43,355 bases of DNA from Octopus bimaculoides (GCF_001194135.2 NC_068983.1:8443791-8487145); one strand, 5' to 3'. Positions 1 to 12,914 are shown, counted from the stretch's first letter. Notes: a model not told the origin generated them from the letters alone. A program made the numbers and translations.

Positions 1-230
1 TTTGAACCAGTTGAAGACACACGAGATGTCGAAATATCGTTCACCAGATAACAAATGGCACTCTTCTTTTAATTTTGACTCTATATCTTCAGGAGGAGTT
101 ACCTCAATCCTTTCTATATTAACCAAAATGAAGTAGATTGACAAATTTATTTTTTGAACCAGTTGAAGACACACGAGATGTCGAAATATCGTTCACCAGA
201 TAACAAATGGCACTCTTCTTTTAATTTTGA
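1..230 (+). repeat. 78-bp exact direct repeat (1-78 and 153-230, period 152 bp); candidate Penelope pseudo-LTR tandem
   Basis: TTTGAACCAGTTGAAGACACACGAGATGTCGAAATATCGTTCACCAGATAACAAATGGCACTCTTCTTTTAATTTTGA occurs twice. It is followed by (TAT)n and lies about 450 bp upstream of a Penelope-like ORF remnant. The repeat is certain; the pLTR call is inference. Confidence 0.75.
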
Positions 231-260
231 TATTATTATTATTATTATTAATATACCCAC

Positions 261-346
261 GGGCATATGGCGTTGTAGTTAAGTGCGCGGGCTACTAACC
301 CCAAGACTTCGAGCTCGATTCTAAGCAGTGACATGAATAATAATAA
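261..346 (+). mobile_element. Short tRNA-derived SINE or tRNA pseudogene with (TAA)n tail
   Basis: A-box-like TGGCGTTGTAGTTAAG, anticodon-arm-like CGGG-CTACTAA-CCCC and B-box-like GAGCTCGATTC, then AATAATAATAA. The acceptor stem does not pair. Confidence 0.7.
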
Positions 347-666
347 CACCTAACCACACCTCAATACAGCCCTAAACGTAGGCGAATGAAATACTGTGGA
401 ACGAAAGCAAGTACTAAGTGATTGTAGATAATAAGATGGCAGATTGAGACGAGGTAAGGCTCCGAGAAAGTTTTGGGACAGTTACGATGTAAAAGGTAAC
501 CTCACTGGAAGAGGATGAGCATTATAAGATTTCCTGTTCCTAACTAGAGGTAGCTTCTCATACTTTCCTGTGTTGAATACCTTTATACGCATGTATCTGG
601 TTTTGTAATGTTTACCAAATTTTAGTCTTCCAGAGTATATGCATTGCGTATTTTATCCCTTGAAGA

Positions 667-1065
667 TCTAATCAGAATGAAATCAAAGACAAAACCATAG
701 AATTTATGAGAAAATTGCGCCTTAGAGAAATATTACTTATCTATGAAAACAATGACGTCTCTCTTGTTGAAAACAAAAATAACTACGTTCGACCTAAAAA
801 TAGGCATAAAACGCCCGACGACTTTTGAGACCACATCCTGAATTTCCCATACAATACCATACATAAATAAAGTCAAACCTCAGAACTAGTGAATGGGAAA
901 AAAATTAATGTGATTACAAAATGTGATTACAAAATGATTAACAATGAAAGTATCCGATAAGAGGAATAGTGTATTACTGATGGACAGAAAATACAACAAA
1001 AGCCCAGTACTATCCATGCTAGAAAACGATTCCTACTTCGAAACATTTGAAGATTACAAATAACA
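667..1065 (+). pseudogene. Penelope-like element (PLE) ORF remnant, region N-terminal to the RT
   Basis: Manual translation gives EFMRKLRLRE (700-729) and MKVSDKRNSVLLMDRKYNKSPVLSMLENDSYFE (from 944). These match the PLE motifs FxRKLRLKE and IKxADKGxxVVIMD(R/K)xxY. Stops and frameshifts lie between them. Confidence 0.7.
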
Positions 1066-2174
1066 GGAAATAATGAAAACATCGTTCAGCCGTATTGACT
1101 AGGGTTTTGCTTCGCTATCATTTAGTTTTCGTGATTTTCTACTTTATAGTTACTGGTACCGTTTCGTTTATATTTGAGAGCACTGTATTAGTATTCTGAA
1201 AATATTTGTGCACGCTCCTTTACTGACATATTATTGAATTTAAGCAATCTTTTACTAGGTTTTCTCTATGGTTTCATACACTCCATCAGGATTAAAAAGA
1301 AAAAAATTCTCTGATGCAAAACGCTCGAAAGGGTTTATTGCGTCATCCAACTGCTTAATTTCAGTCGTGCTTCGTTTTTCACTTGATAAATGCAGAAACC
1401 CCAAAATATCAGATGTAATCCGTAGTGTCTAGCATCCATCCATCCATCCATCCATCCATCCAAGTATGGCTAGTTGCAAAATGCTAAAACCTTCAAACAG
1501 ACCTTCGATGTGAACTTTAGGTTGGGGTTGATCTATCTTTTAGTGGTCTGTGATGAGTCGCTATTTAAGAGAAGCAATCAGTTGACAATCGTACAGGCAA
1601 GCATAGCTCTATGGTAATGAATCCTTTATCGAGAGCTATAAATTGTTTTGATCAGCCCATTTGCTAAACGATATCATTTTAGTATTCCTTGGTCGATGTT
1701 CTGTCTGAAACGTTAACATATCGGACAAATGCTTTCCGCTTATATTTCTAATTCTTTCTGCTCTATATTTTGAACTGAAATAAAAAGCAGTTGAAGAATG
1801 AGGTCGGCTACATAAAGTATTTCAATGTGTTTGTGTTTACGGTTTTCCATTATATGTGAACTTCTAATAAGTGTTGATAACACTATATTGTATATCTCTT
1901 TAAATCAGAGGATTACGTCGTGTATTCTTTGTATCACGTTTTATCGATATTATTCCTTCTGTTGCGTATTGCTTTTCCACATTCGAGTTCCATCAATTGC
2001 CGATCATTTTCATCAGCAGGTCACCTCTAATGAAACAAGTCTGTTATAAAAGGCATTCCAGTCACGGCGATTTTTCTTCCTTTGTTAACTAGTGTATATA
2101 GAAACCTGTTAAACATACGTATAAATACGGACAGGGACACATACACACATACACATAAACAGAAAAATATACAT

Positions 2175-2217
<43 letters not shown>

Positions 2218-4054
2218 NNNNNNNNNNNNNNNNNNNNNNNNNNNNNNNNNNNNNNNNNNNNNNNNNNNNNNNNNNNNNNNNNNNNNNNNNNNNNNNNNNN
2301 NNNNNNNNNNNNNNNNNNNNNNNNNNNNNNNNNNNNNNNNNNNNNNNNNNNNNNNNNNNNNNNNNNNNNNNNNNNNNNNNNNNNNNNNNNNNNNNNNNNN
2401 NNNNNNNNNNNNNNNNNNNNNNNNNNNNNNNNNNNNNNNNNNNNNNNNNNNNNNNNNNNNNNNNNNNNNNNNNNNNNNNNNNNNNNNNNNNNNNNNNNNN
2501 NNNNNNNNNNNNNNNNNNNNNNNNNNNNNNNNNNNNNNNNNNNNNNNNNNNNNNNNNNNNNNNNNNNNNNNNNNNNNNNNNNNNNNNNNNNNNNNNNNNN
2601 NNNNNNNNNNNNNNNNNNNNNNNNNNNNNNNNNNNNNNNNNNNNNNNNNNNNNNNNNNNNNNNNNNNNNNNNNATATATATATATATATATATAAGCATA
2701 CACACACAGACACATGCGCATATATATTTATTTGTAGTTGTATCTGCATCTACCTATATGTCTTTATACATGCACACAAACATACAGTCACACACAACAC
2801 ATACAAACATTCACACGTACACCTAAACACACACAGATACATCCATACATATATATGTGTGCGTGTTTGTGTATTTGTGTGTGAGTGTGGTATATATATA
2901 TACATATACCAGTAAATTATTGGCGACGATTCATTTGACTTAAACACTTTCACCCACCAAATTATATGACCTCATGCCAAAGTTAGAAAACATCATTATT
3001 GATGCCTTTGGTAAACATTTGTCTGCCAACTAACACAACCCAGGTGTAATACTTATCGAAGAAAAACTTGTTGTTGCTCATACAGTTTTATTTTATTTAT
3101 TTTTTTAAAGTTGTGGATAAAGTTGTTGTTTTCATGCTATATTTAACAGACTTCGCTTTCTCTTTTTGTTATGCAGCGAAATTTATATTGTCTGAAATTT
3201 TATTGGCGTCAACAAAGCGAAGAAAATATGTCAAACCCGATAAACATTTAAATGTTTTGCGAGATTCTTTCTCTTGTTACCGCTGCCGTTGTTGCATTAC
3301 ATTGAAAAAAGAAAATAGTACTTTCAAGTAAATATTGTTGAGAAGTGAATACACCGAAGGTTAGAAATCTAAATGCTTCTTACATATAAACATTCATATC
3401 TGAATATGATGCATATAAATTAAACATACACAAGCTGAATGAAATAGAAAAAAACAGATAAAACAAGGATATATTTGTTTTGCCTGAAAATCAAATAAAT
3501 TATAGCACTTTACTTTTTACAATAAAACACTAAACCTTTCATTTTAAAATAGAAGAAAGTAATACATAAAATAGAGATTTTTTTTGTTTCATACAGTCAT
3601 ATCTATTCTTTAGATTATTGATCTAAGTTTGAATATCCGGCTGAATTATGTACAAAACACGATGTGTATTCTCAATCAAGAATAGGATTCAATCTGGATA
3701 AAAGAAACTACAAAGCTGTATAAAAGTTTACATTATTTTTTTATTGACATCGTAAAACATGAAATGTTTCCATCTTTTTCCTTTGATTCTAATGAGAAGA
3801 ACCAACGTGGGACTACCTAGACACTCAAAGGATCTATTAAAAAAAACACCTAGATATCTACTACGCCTCACTCTTCCGTCATAAAACAACCCGTAACGGA
3901 AAACAGTTTCTAGATTTAAAACAACTGCCCGAATTAAAATGGAATGCTAAGGATTGAAGTCTTCTCAATCACAGCCTTCATGTGGCTAAACAACAACAAT
4001 GACAACTCATGTCCAACTCTATTGAAAATATATATTTGGTATATTTTTGAATGT

Positions 4055-4298
4055 GGAGGCGCATGGATTACTGTGTCATGATCATAAGATTGTGGTTTCG
4101 ATTCCTGGACCAGGCAACGCGTTGTGTTCTTGAGCAAAACACTTCATTTCACTTGCTCCAGTCCACTCAGCTGGCAAAAATGAGTAACGCTGCGATGGAC
4201 TGGCGTCCCGTCCAGCTGGGGAACACACACGCCATTGAAACCGGGAAACCGGGCCCATGAGCCTCACTACGCTTTAAAAGGGCGCATTTATTTATTTT
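4055..4298 (+). mobile_element. tRNA-derived SINE, family A (partly deleted head)
   Basis: B-box GGTTTCGATTCC, central GTTGTGTTCTTGAGCAAAACACTTCATTTC...GCTCCAGTCCACTCAGCTGGC, and a TTTA-repeat tail. Related heads occur at 21760-22080 and 25080-25190. Confidence 0.8.
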
Positions 4299-4794
4299 AA
4301 TTTTATATTTTTGAATAGAATCTAATGTGGCAAGTCCTATTCCTTTACATGTTCTTCATTCTCGTGTAGAATTCCATATTCTTATTAACTTTTCAACGGG
4401 AGAAATACTTGTTCCATTGTCAGCCTAATTTTTTGATGAATACGTTCCTTATTTAGGCCCAGGTTTAGTTTTCTTGACTGTGACCCTTTGCACATTCGTT
4501 AGGCTTATGAAAGACTTCCATGTTTCAGCCATTTCGAGAGTAATTTCATCAAAAGCCTAGTGCTTTGAGGAGGACTACCAATGACGGCAAAATCAAAGAA
4601 GAGGACCCAGTCAGAACGCGAGTAAGCTTTTCAAGGAGAACTACTTGTAGAAGAGCAGCCTAAGAACAATGGGTTGAATACAAAAACATACTAACTAGAG
4701 AGGAATTTAATGAGAACCAGCAGCATTTTATGACAATTTCTCACCTGATAATATTTGTCTCACTCTCGGTGTTCTAAACCAAAAGTGTGTGACA

Positions 4795-4888
4795 CACTCT
4801 CTCTCTCTCTTTATCTATCTCTCTCTCTCTCTTTATCTCTTTCACTCTTTATCTCTCTATCTCTCTCATTGTCTCTCTCTCTCTCTCT
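4795..4888. repeat. (CT)n microsatellite
   Basis: Interrupted CT dinucleotide run that ends directly at the LINE LSET codons. Confidence 0.95.
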
Positions 4889-7040
4889 GAAACGGTTAAG
4901 TCCAACAAAAATACCGAGATCATTCAGCCGCTGGTTGATATCCTCTGAAAAAAATTACTTTCATAGAATTAACCTGAAAAGCTTATTGAAACGTGAAGCA
5001 GGTTTGGCGCAGTTCACCATTTCAACTATAAACCGAATATTGGCAGCAGAAGTATAACGTTCACACACTGAAGACACAATGATGATTTTTGTACACTAGT
5101 TCTATATCAGTGTTTGGGTATTTAGGAACGCCACATAACACTTTGAATGGGCAAGGCCGTACAAAAATGGCTTTTGCTACGAAATGGACAATAACAATAT
5201 TTTGAAGTATCAAGGTGAGAGAAGCTTCTACAATTAGGACATTTCAATGCAAAATATGAAGCGGCAGTTGGTTATGAGAAGATCTTAATGACAATATAAT
5301 CTTCGGTAAATATAATCTTCTTCTTTACTAGTACCCGGCTCCGATTTAGGACCTGATGCCATAGCGATCCCGAAACTGGCATTTTTGGGTCATATTATCG
5401 ACCAGTAATGATACAAAATATATTAGTGTCACCACAACATCTCTCGGTTTGATGGCTGTAGAACTGAACAGCTTATTGTCATCACACTGTCCGACGGTGG
5501 CAGCCGCAGGACACCACACCACAAGCATAACACAGCGTATGATAGACTCATCCTCGAACACCCAGGAAACAAAATAAAAATGCCTGTTGTTTATTTCCAA
5601 CAGGCGTTATCATTTGGAAGGAAATATGACATTTCAAATCTTGAAAATGCTCTCAACCAAGGAAAATTCCAATTAATTATGTCAAGTGTTTATCAAGGCC
5701 TCCAACCAGAGATCTTTTGATGAAGTATTGATGGTCTTTTCGAAATATCACATGTGACAGCAAAACGTGTTAGTTTTTGACAAATAAAAAACGAAAAAGA
5801 AAATTAATAAAATAGATCATAGCTTAGTTTGAACGACAAAATCAACAGATCTATCCTGAACAGGGAAATGTTCGGATGTTAGAGGCGAAAATCGCAAGAT
5901 TAGGATTTTAAAGAGTCACCATCAAAGATTCAAACTCCATTGTCAAAGCGAATTCAGTGAAATACAGACCATCCTATTGCAACAGGAAATGACAACGCTT
6001 CACACAAATGGAGATACTCGGCTCTCAAAAATGACTCTACTGGAACAACAGAAATATTCAGCCAAAGAGGAAAGTCGGTTCACAAAACCCCAGAGGAGGG
6101 CGGGGATTTCACAATTCATAATTCAACCTCCACAGGACACATTTGAACGCTGAAAGTAACATTTTCCTCACTTCGGAATAAATTCAATAATTCAATAATT
6201 CAATAGCAATGTATGTATAACCACTAATTCCGGCGATTGAAAATGCCATGAACAACATGATTAAATGTATCACGTCCATGCATCAACTCACTTAAACATG
6301 CAGGATTATCTGTCAGAATCAAGATATTCCTTCTGTTTTTTTTTTAATATGTAAAAAGATTGTTAAGCTTCCACAAAAATTAAAGGCTGTGTATATTATC
6401 AATATCTTCAAGAAAAGAGATCTAATATGGATGTAACTCTATTGAATACTATTATATTCGAACTGTGCAGATTAAAAAATGTAAATTTATCTAAAAAAAT
6501 AACAGTGAACATCGGTGACTGAGTTGTTTGGGATAAATACTATAGTTATATTTCCAGGCAGGAAAGTTATTTGCAAGAACGCTTCTAAAGTGACTTCAAA
6601 TCATTGAAAAAAATTTCACCTGAAATCTGAATGTGGCTTTTGTACCTCTCCTGGAACGACCGGCAATATTTTCTGTGCACTTCAGGGGGAAAAGAGAGAG
6701 CATCAGAAACAACGCTTCTTTGACTTTCCTTCTTGTCTGTGACCTGGGCGATGCTTTTCAAAGTTCACTATGGAATACCAAGCGGCTGGACCGTTATTAT
6801 TTTGATTAACCGAATAACATCGTTTAACTGCATAAGACACTGCACTATAACATGTCAGGTTGTATCGTGAAAGCACACATTCTGAACAGTCCCCTACTGG
6901 ACATAGAGTGAAGCACGGATGCAAACTATTTAGCTCTGGGGTATATGGAAATCAACTGTTAACCTGTTTCATTAACCAGCCTCAAAAATTTCGAGGATGT
7001 CACTCGTGCAACAGAACTCCGCAAGCCAAACGCGGCATAT
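4880..7040 (+). pseudogene. Highly decayed RTE-clade LINE (APE endonuclease + reverse transcriptase)
   Basis: Motifs occur in the expected order: LSET (~4885), KREAG (~4990), LGHFNAK (GDFNAK-like, ~5235), R*K*HF (RWKEHF-like, ~6148), AGKLFARTLLK...KSECGF (~6556-6640), VCDLGDAF (FVDLTKAF-like, ~6735) and RVKHGCKLFS (GVKQGC-like, ~6905). Many stops and frameshifts. The 5' end may extend to ~4600. Confidence 0.8.
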
Positions 7041-7220
7041 GATTGAGTCAAGAGTTGCAATAAAATGAAATACAAAAAGAATCAGTTTGGACCAAATTAT
7101 ATCTTGGAAAGGACAAAGTTTCCACCAGAAAACACAATTGTGCTTCAAGAAATAGGGAAAGAAGCGATAGAAAGTTAATGTGACGTATGTGTTGATCGCA
7201 ACACACACTGGCTGATCTGT

Positions 7221-7450
7221 ACATACATACATACATAAGACATGCATGCATATATACACACATACATACATTACACACATACAGACAGACATGCACACAT
7301 ACGTACATATAAATATACATATACATATATATATGTATATATATATATATGTGTGTGTGTGTGTCTGTGTGTGTATATATATCTATATATATATGTGTGT
7401 GTGTGTGTGCGTGTGTATATACATATATATGTATGTACGTATGTATGTAG
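7221..7450. repeat. Compound (CATA)/(CA)/(TA)/(TG) microsatellite
   Basis: Direct reading. It accounts for the Y/I/H/T/V/C-rich ORFs at 6972-7611. Confidence 0.95.
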
Positions 7451-7667
7451 ACGTATTCCAATACCTATATATAATAAACGCGTACGAAAATATAATCTAC
7501 TTGGCACTGGTTATAAACTTTCTGTCAAAGCCATTCTACATTCAAAGATTTACAAGATTGACTTCTGTAATATTATTTATAGATCGTTACTTTAAAGACA
7601 AGAACACCTAGTTCTTGTGTTTAATCAATAGTCAACTTGGCAAGCTGTTTCTGCATTATGTACTTTG

Positions 7668-7712
<45 letters not shown>

Positions 7713-8998
7713 GGCTATACACACACTGAAAAAAGAGAGAGAGAGAGAGAGAGTGTTAGAAGAAGTAGAATGCAGAATGAAATGATGCGTTCGTACTACT
7801 TTTTGCACGACATTGATGGAAATTTCGAGAATAAAGAAAGTTTGCTGAGTTTAAAAAGAATCGAAGAATTAAGTAAGTCAATGGAATCTATGACACAATT
7901 TAAAATATATTAATATCGAAATCAAATAAAATGGAAACTTTTCTGAAAGCTAGAGAGAAAATTCAATTAATATTTGAGAAATTCTTGCATATGATATTAG
8001 AATTACGAAAAATGTAAGGCAACATATTAATATTTACTTATTTGTTTCTTGTCAGCTAGTCTCACTGCCATTCTGTCATTATTTCTTGTAAGTAATTAAA
8101 GAATGTGAATTATCATAAGATCCGATTCTGTTTCAGTATTGTGCAACTGATACGTTCATCTCACATCAATGTCATTCTGGATTCGATAACATTGCATACG
8201 CTTCTGCAAGAATTTTCCAACATAGCCAAAGTGTCGTGAAAGAATTTTTTTGTAAACGAATTCATTGAGGAAGGCTGTCATATATAATCCAACGTACATT
8301 AATATACACCGACACATATACATATGAAGAGACGCTCGGACATACACACACCACGCTCACACACACACACACACGCACACACNNNNNNNNNNNNNNNNNN
8401 NNNNNNNNNNNNNNNNNNNNNNNNNNNNNNNNNNNNNNNNNNNNNNNNNNNNNNNNNNNNNNNNNNNNNNNNNNNNNNNNNNNNNNNNNNNNNNNNNNNN
8501 NNNNNNNNNNNNNNNNNNNNNNNNNNNNNNNNNNNNNNNNNNNNNNNNNNNNNNNNNNNNNNNNNNNNNNNNNNNNNNNNNNNNNNNNNNNNNNNNNNNN
8601 NNNNNNNNNNNNNNNNNNNNNNNNNNNNNNNNNNNNNNNNNNNNNNNNNNNNNNNNNNNNNNNNNNNNNNNNNNNNNNNNNNNNNNNNNNNNNNNNNNNN
8701 NNNNNNNNNNNNNNNNNNNNNNNNNNNNNNNNNNNNNNNNNNNNNNNNNNNNNNNNNNNNNNNNNNNNNNNNNNNNNNNNNNNNNNNNNNNNNNNNNNNN
8801 NNNNNNNNNNNNNNNNNNNNNNNNNNNNNNNNNNNNNNNNNNNNNNNNNNNNNNNNNNNNNNNNNNNNNNNNNNNNNNNNNNNNNNNNNNNNNNNNNNNN
8901 NNNNNNNNNNNNNNNNNNNNNNNNNNNNNNNNNNNNNNNNNNNNNNNNNNNNNNNNNNNNNNNNNNNNNNNNNNNNNNNNNNNNNNNNNNNNNNNNNN

Positions 8999-9127
8999 TG
9001 TAGCAAATTTATACAAGCCATATCGGTAGGTTATAGCCATAGTCGAAATGCTCGCTGTTGTGGAGTGAACCTGAACCTAAAATTATGTAGCTGCGCAGTG
9101 AACTTCTGACTCACAGACCATGTCTGC
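8999..9127 (-). mobile_element. Degenerate head of SINE family B
   Basis: Aligns by eye with the head at 31900-32032 (ACAAGCC...GGTTATAG...CTGAACC...ATG...CACAGACCA). It abuts the 8383-8998 gap. Confidence 0.5.
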
Positions 9128-9239
9128 AGGTAATTTTACGCAGGGATAGATAATAATATTCTAGTGCACACGTACTTACACAGCATATAAACACAACAAT
9201 ACTCAAACATTATACACATACATATTAAATATGCACCAC

Positions 9240-9282
<43 letters not shown>

Positions 9283-9292
9283 NNNNNNNNNN

Positions 9293-9334
<42 letters not shown>

Positions 9335-10577
9335 GGAGATATTGTCAGTGAATGCATGTGTGTTTCTGAAAGGTTTAAATTTTGGACGTTTGCTGCAAGT
9401 TAAATATATACACATTTTTATATAGTCACACAGGAAATCCATAATTTACGTTAATTTATTTCAATTACAACACTTGTCATTTCTCCAACTACTTTCTAAT
9501 TAGTTCTACAACAATCAATGCCGGCGTATTTGGCAATGACTTTAGATGTTGTATATAGAAGTTAACATATGAGTGTGTAGTTATGTATGTACATATATAC
9601 ATAAATATATGCTGTCATCTCTTTAATAGGCTCGATTAGTTTTCCACTCTCTGATCCTCTGTGTAAAGCGCCTTCAAGATAACAAATAACTACACTATTA
9701 TATCGAATCGAAGACACTTCTTCTCAAATATGGACGAGTCTCTTCTTGTAGTCCTCTAATTCTCGACAACAACAGCGATCGGATCATCACGGCTGCGCCT
9801 TTGAATTCTACAACCTCATTGTGCACTCAGTCGAGCGGAAACTCCAAAAGGATAGTTATCTATTTTTTCCGTATCATTCAAGATTTGTGAATCGAGTATA
9901 TTTTAGAGAACATTTTTCTTGGTTGCTGAAATATTTCTGCTTTAGGAAGTTGCTGAGACGCTCTATAAAGACAATAGTTTGTCGATGGAGATATAAGTAG
10001 CCTAGGAATTAGTTTCGAGGCGTTACTTGATTCGCTTGCAAAACTGGTTATGAGGCATTGTTATATAGAACAATTGCTTCTTTTCGAATTGACAGCAATG
10101 GACATATATTCAGCAATCCTTCTTAAATATTGTCAATATCATGGTGGTAATTTTTTTCTGGTGGGAAGGCGTATCGCCTAGCCTATGGATATCATTCATA
10201 ATGTCACAAGTTAGATTCTTGACACGGAAAACACATTGAAAAAAAAGGCATTAAATATCAGGTTGCTACTGAATAACATGAAGTAAATAATTTCCAACTA
10301 AATGATGTTGAATCCCTCTCCCTCTTTCTCCCTGTCTTTTCCACTTCCCACCTCTCTCCTCCTTTCACCCACTCTAGCAGTTATATATTGGATGTGTAGC
10401 TGGGTCATTCANNNNNNNNNNNNNNNNNNNNNNNNNNNNNNNNNNNNNNNNNNNNNNNNNNNNNNNNNNNNNNNNNNNNNNNNNNNNNNNNNNNNNNNNN
10501 NNNNNNNNNNNNNNNNNNNNNNNNNNNNNNNNNNNNNNNNNNNNNNNNNNNNNNNNNNNNNNNNNNNNNNNNNNNNN

Positions 10578-10616
<39 letters not shown>

Positions 10617-11169
10617 CATGGAAAAATGCGAGCATGAAAATCATATTCTTGAGATTATAAACCAGGAAAAGTACAGAACAAGTTATTACACCTGTAAAAG
10701 AATAAGACAAACTATTACTTCAAATAAAGTAAAGAAGAAGAAACTTTTTACTTAAAATATTGCAGCAGAGAATGCCAGTTCTTCTAATTTATTACTCTTT
10801 ACAGTTCTCATCTTTTAAATTTATTGTACAAAACTGTTCAGCTAATTTGTAAGTTGTCTAATTAGTCACTTTTCTCTGTATTTAAGGAAGTAAATTATCC
10901 AAATCCTACTTAAATAACTATAGTGTTATTTGTCAACTATAATAAAATATTTTTTGATATTTAAATTTTAATTTTATCTGCAAAATTGTAAGTAAAAAGG
11001 TTTCTTATTCTTTACTTTACTTGACGTAATAGTTTGTCCTATACTTTTACAGGTGTAATAACTTGTCCTGTACTTTTCCAGGTTTATCCACGACTATGTA
11101 TATCCTCTCTGTCACACTCTAACATATCATCATCTGACACAAGATCACATCCTCCAAAGCCCCCTCCCT

Positions 11170-11516
11170 TCTGAAACATTCCTTGTCTTGCAAGTTATTT
11201 GGTGACCATTCCGTTGCTGGTGCCAGTAAAAAACATCCAATCGACACAGTCAAGTGGTTGGCATATGAAAAGGTCATCCATCCAACTGTAAAAAACCATG
11301 CCAAACTGACCTCGTCTATGCTCGTGTCTCGTGAAGAGAGCTCAGTCCACGGTGCAGGGTGGTTGGTGTTACAACAAAGTGCATCCAGCGTAAAATCCTT
11401 GTCAAAACCGACACAGAAGACTGGTGTAGTCTCCTGCCTCCTCGGCTTCTGTTAAACCATCCAAACCATGACAGTATGGAAGGCGGACGTTGAACGACGA
11501 CGATGATGAAGATGAT
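11170..11516 (+). mobile_element. RTE-type 3' tail fragment ending in (GAT/GAC)n
   Basis: GTGGTTGGCATATGAAAAGGTCATCC...CTGTAAAAAACCATGCC and CCATGACAGTATGGAAGGCGGACGTTGAACGACGACGATGATGA resemble the 3' end of invertebrate RTE-associated retroposons (recalled, not searched). Confidence 0.65.
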
Positions 11517-12404
11517 ATAATTATATATATATATATATANNNNNNNNNNNNNNNNNNNNNNNNNNNNNNNNNNNNNNNNNNNNNNNNNNNNNNNNNNNNN
11601 NNNNNNNNNNNNNNNNNNNNNNNNNNNNNNNNNNNNNNNNNNNNNNNNNNNNNNNNNNNNNNNNNNNNNNNNNNNNNNNNNNNNNNNNNNNNNNNNNNNN
11701 NNNNNNNNNNNNNNNNNNNNNNNNNNNNNNNNNNNNNNNNNNNNNNNNNNNNNNNNNNNNNNNNNNNNNNNNNNNNNNNNNNNNNNNNNNNNNNNNNNNN
11801 NNNNNNNNNNNNNNNNNNNNNNNNNNNNNNNNNNNNNNNNNNNNNNNNNNNNNNNNNNNNNNNNNNNNNNNNNNNNNNNNNNNNNNNNNNNNNNNNNNNN
11901 NNNNNNNNNNNNNNNNNNNNNNNNNNNNNNNNNNNNNNNNNNNNNNNNNNNNNNNNNNNNNNNNNNNNNNNNNNNNNNNNNNNNNNNNNNNNNNNNNNNN
12001 NNNNNNNNNNNNNNNNNNNNNNNNNNNNNNNNNNNNNNNNNNNNNNNNNNNNNNNNNNNNNNNNNNNNNNNNNNNNNNNNNNNNNNNNNNNNNNNNNNNN
12101 NNNNNNNNNNNNNNNNNNNNNNNNNNNNNNNNNNNNNNNNNNNNNNNNNNNNNNNNNNNNNNNNNNNNNNNGAACGACCCGTCCTCGTTTTCTTTGTATC
12201 ATCTATCTGGATGTTTTGTTCTCCCTATCTTGCGTAGCCTAACTGTCTGGATATTTTGCGTTCTTGTCCCATTTTGTATATATATATATATATATATATA
12301 AAACAAAACTTTTCGATGAACGCGAGCGTGAATCTCCGAGTAACGCTTTTTTGTTATATTTTTGCTGCTTTTAAATAAAGTAAATATATATATATAAGCA
12401 TATA

Positions 12405-12623
12405 TTTGTGTGTTTGTGTCTGTGTTTCTCCCTCCATCATCGCTTGAAAACCGATCTTGGTTTGAAAACCTCCCCGTTACTTGGCGGTTCGGCAAAAGGT
12501 CCCGATGGAATAATTACTAGGTTTCTAAAGAATAAGTGGTTGAGGACTATTTCTTCGACTGGTCATGCCGGAGCATGGCCAGTCAAAATGACTGAAATAA
12601 GTTAAAGAAAGAATAAAAGAATA
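12405..12623 (+). mobile_element. SINE family B, 3' half (degenerate)
   Basis: CATCGCTTGAAAACCGAT...GGCGGTTCGGCAAAAGG...GAGCATGGCC...AAATGACTGAAATAAG aligns with 37600-37790. Confidence 0.8.
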
Positions 12624-12914
12624 TGTGAGTATATGTGTGTGTGTGTCTGTGTGTATGTATAGATCACAGTTTGTGAATGAACTTTGGTAGACGGACCCTG
12701 TGTATAACATGATAAAATGGATCAACTCTGTAATTGCGTCAAAGACTTAGTTTCTCAGCTATTTTAAACAAACAACTCTCCTTGGATTCATAATTTTTGA
12801 GAAATCATATTCTGCATTTATGTTACGGCTCCGTTGTACAGATAATAGCAACACGCGAGGAATTTCTAATTATAGGATCTCAAGTAATTCTTTCCACTAT
12901 AAGAAGGAATTACT

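Noticed and set aside
261-332. Functional tRNA gene
   Set aside because: The acceptor stem does not pair, the B box is degenerate and there is a (TAA)n tail rather than an oligo-T terminator.
8056-8270. Two-exon model (SLTAILSLFL|YCATDTF...) with good splice signals
   Set aside because: The intron would be only 49 nt (8088-8136), the peptide is unrecognisable and it stops early.
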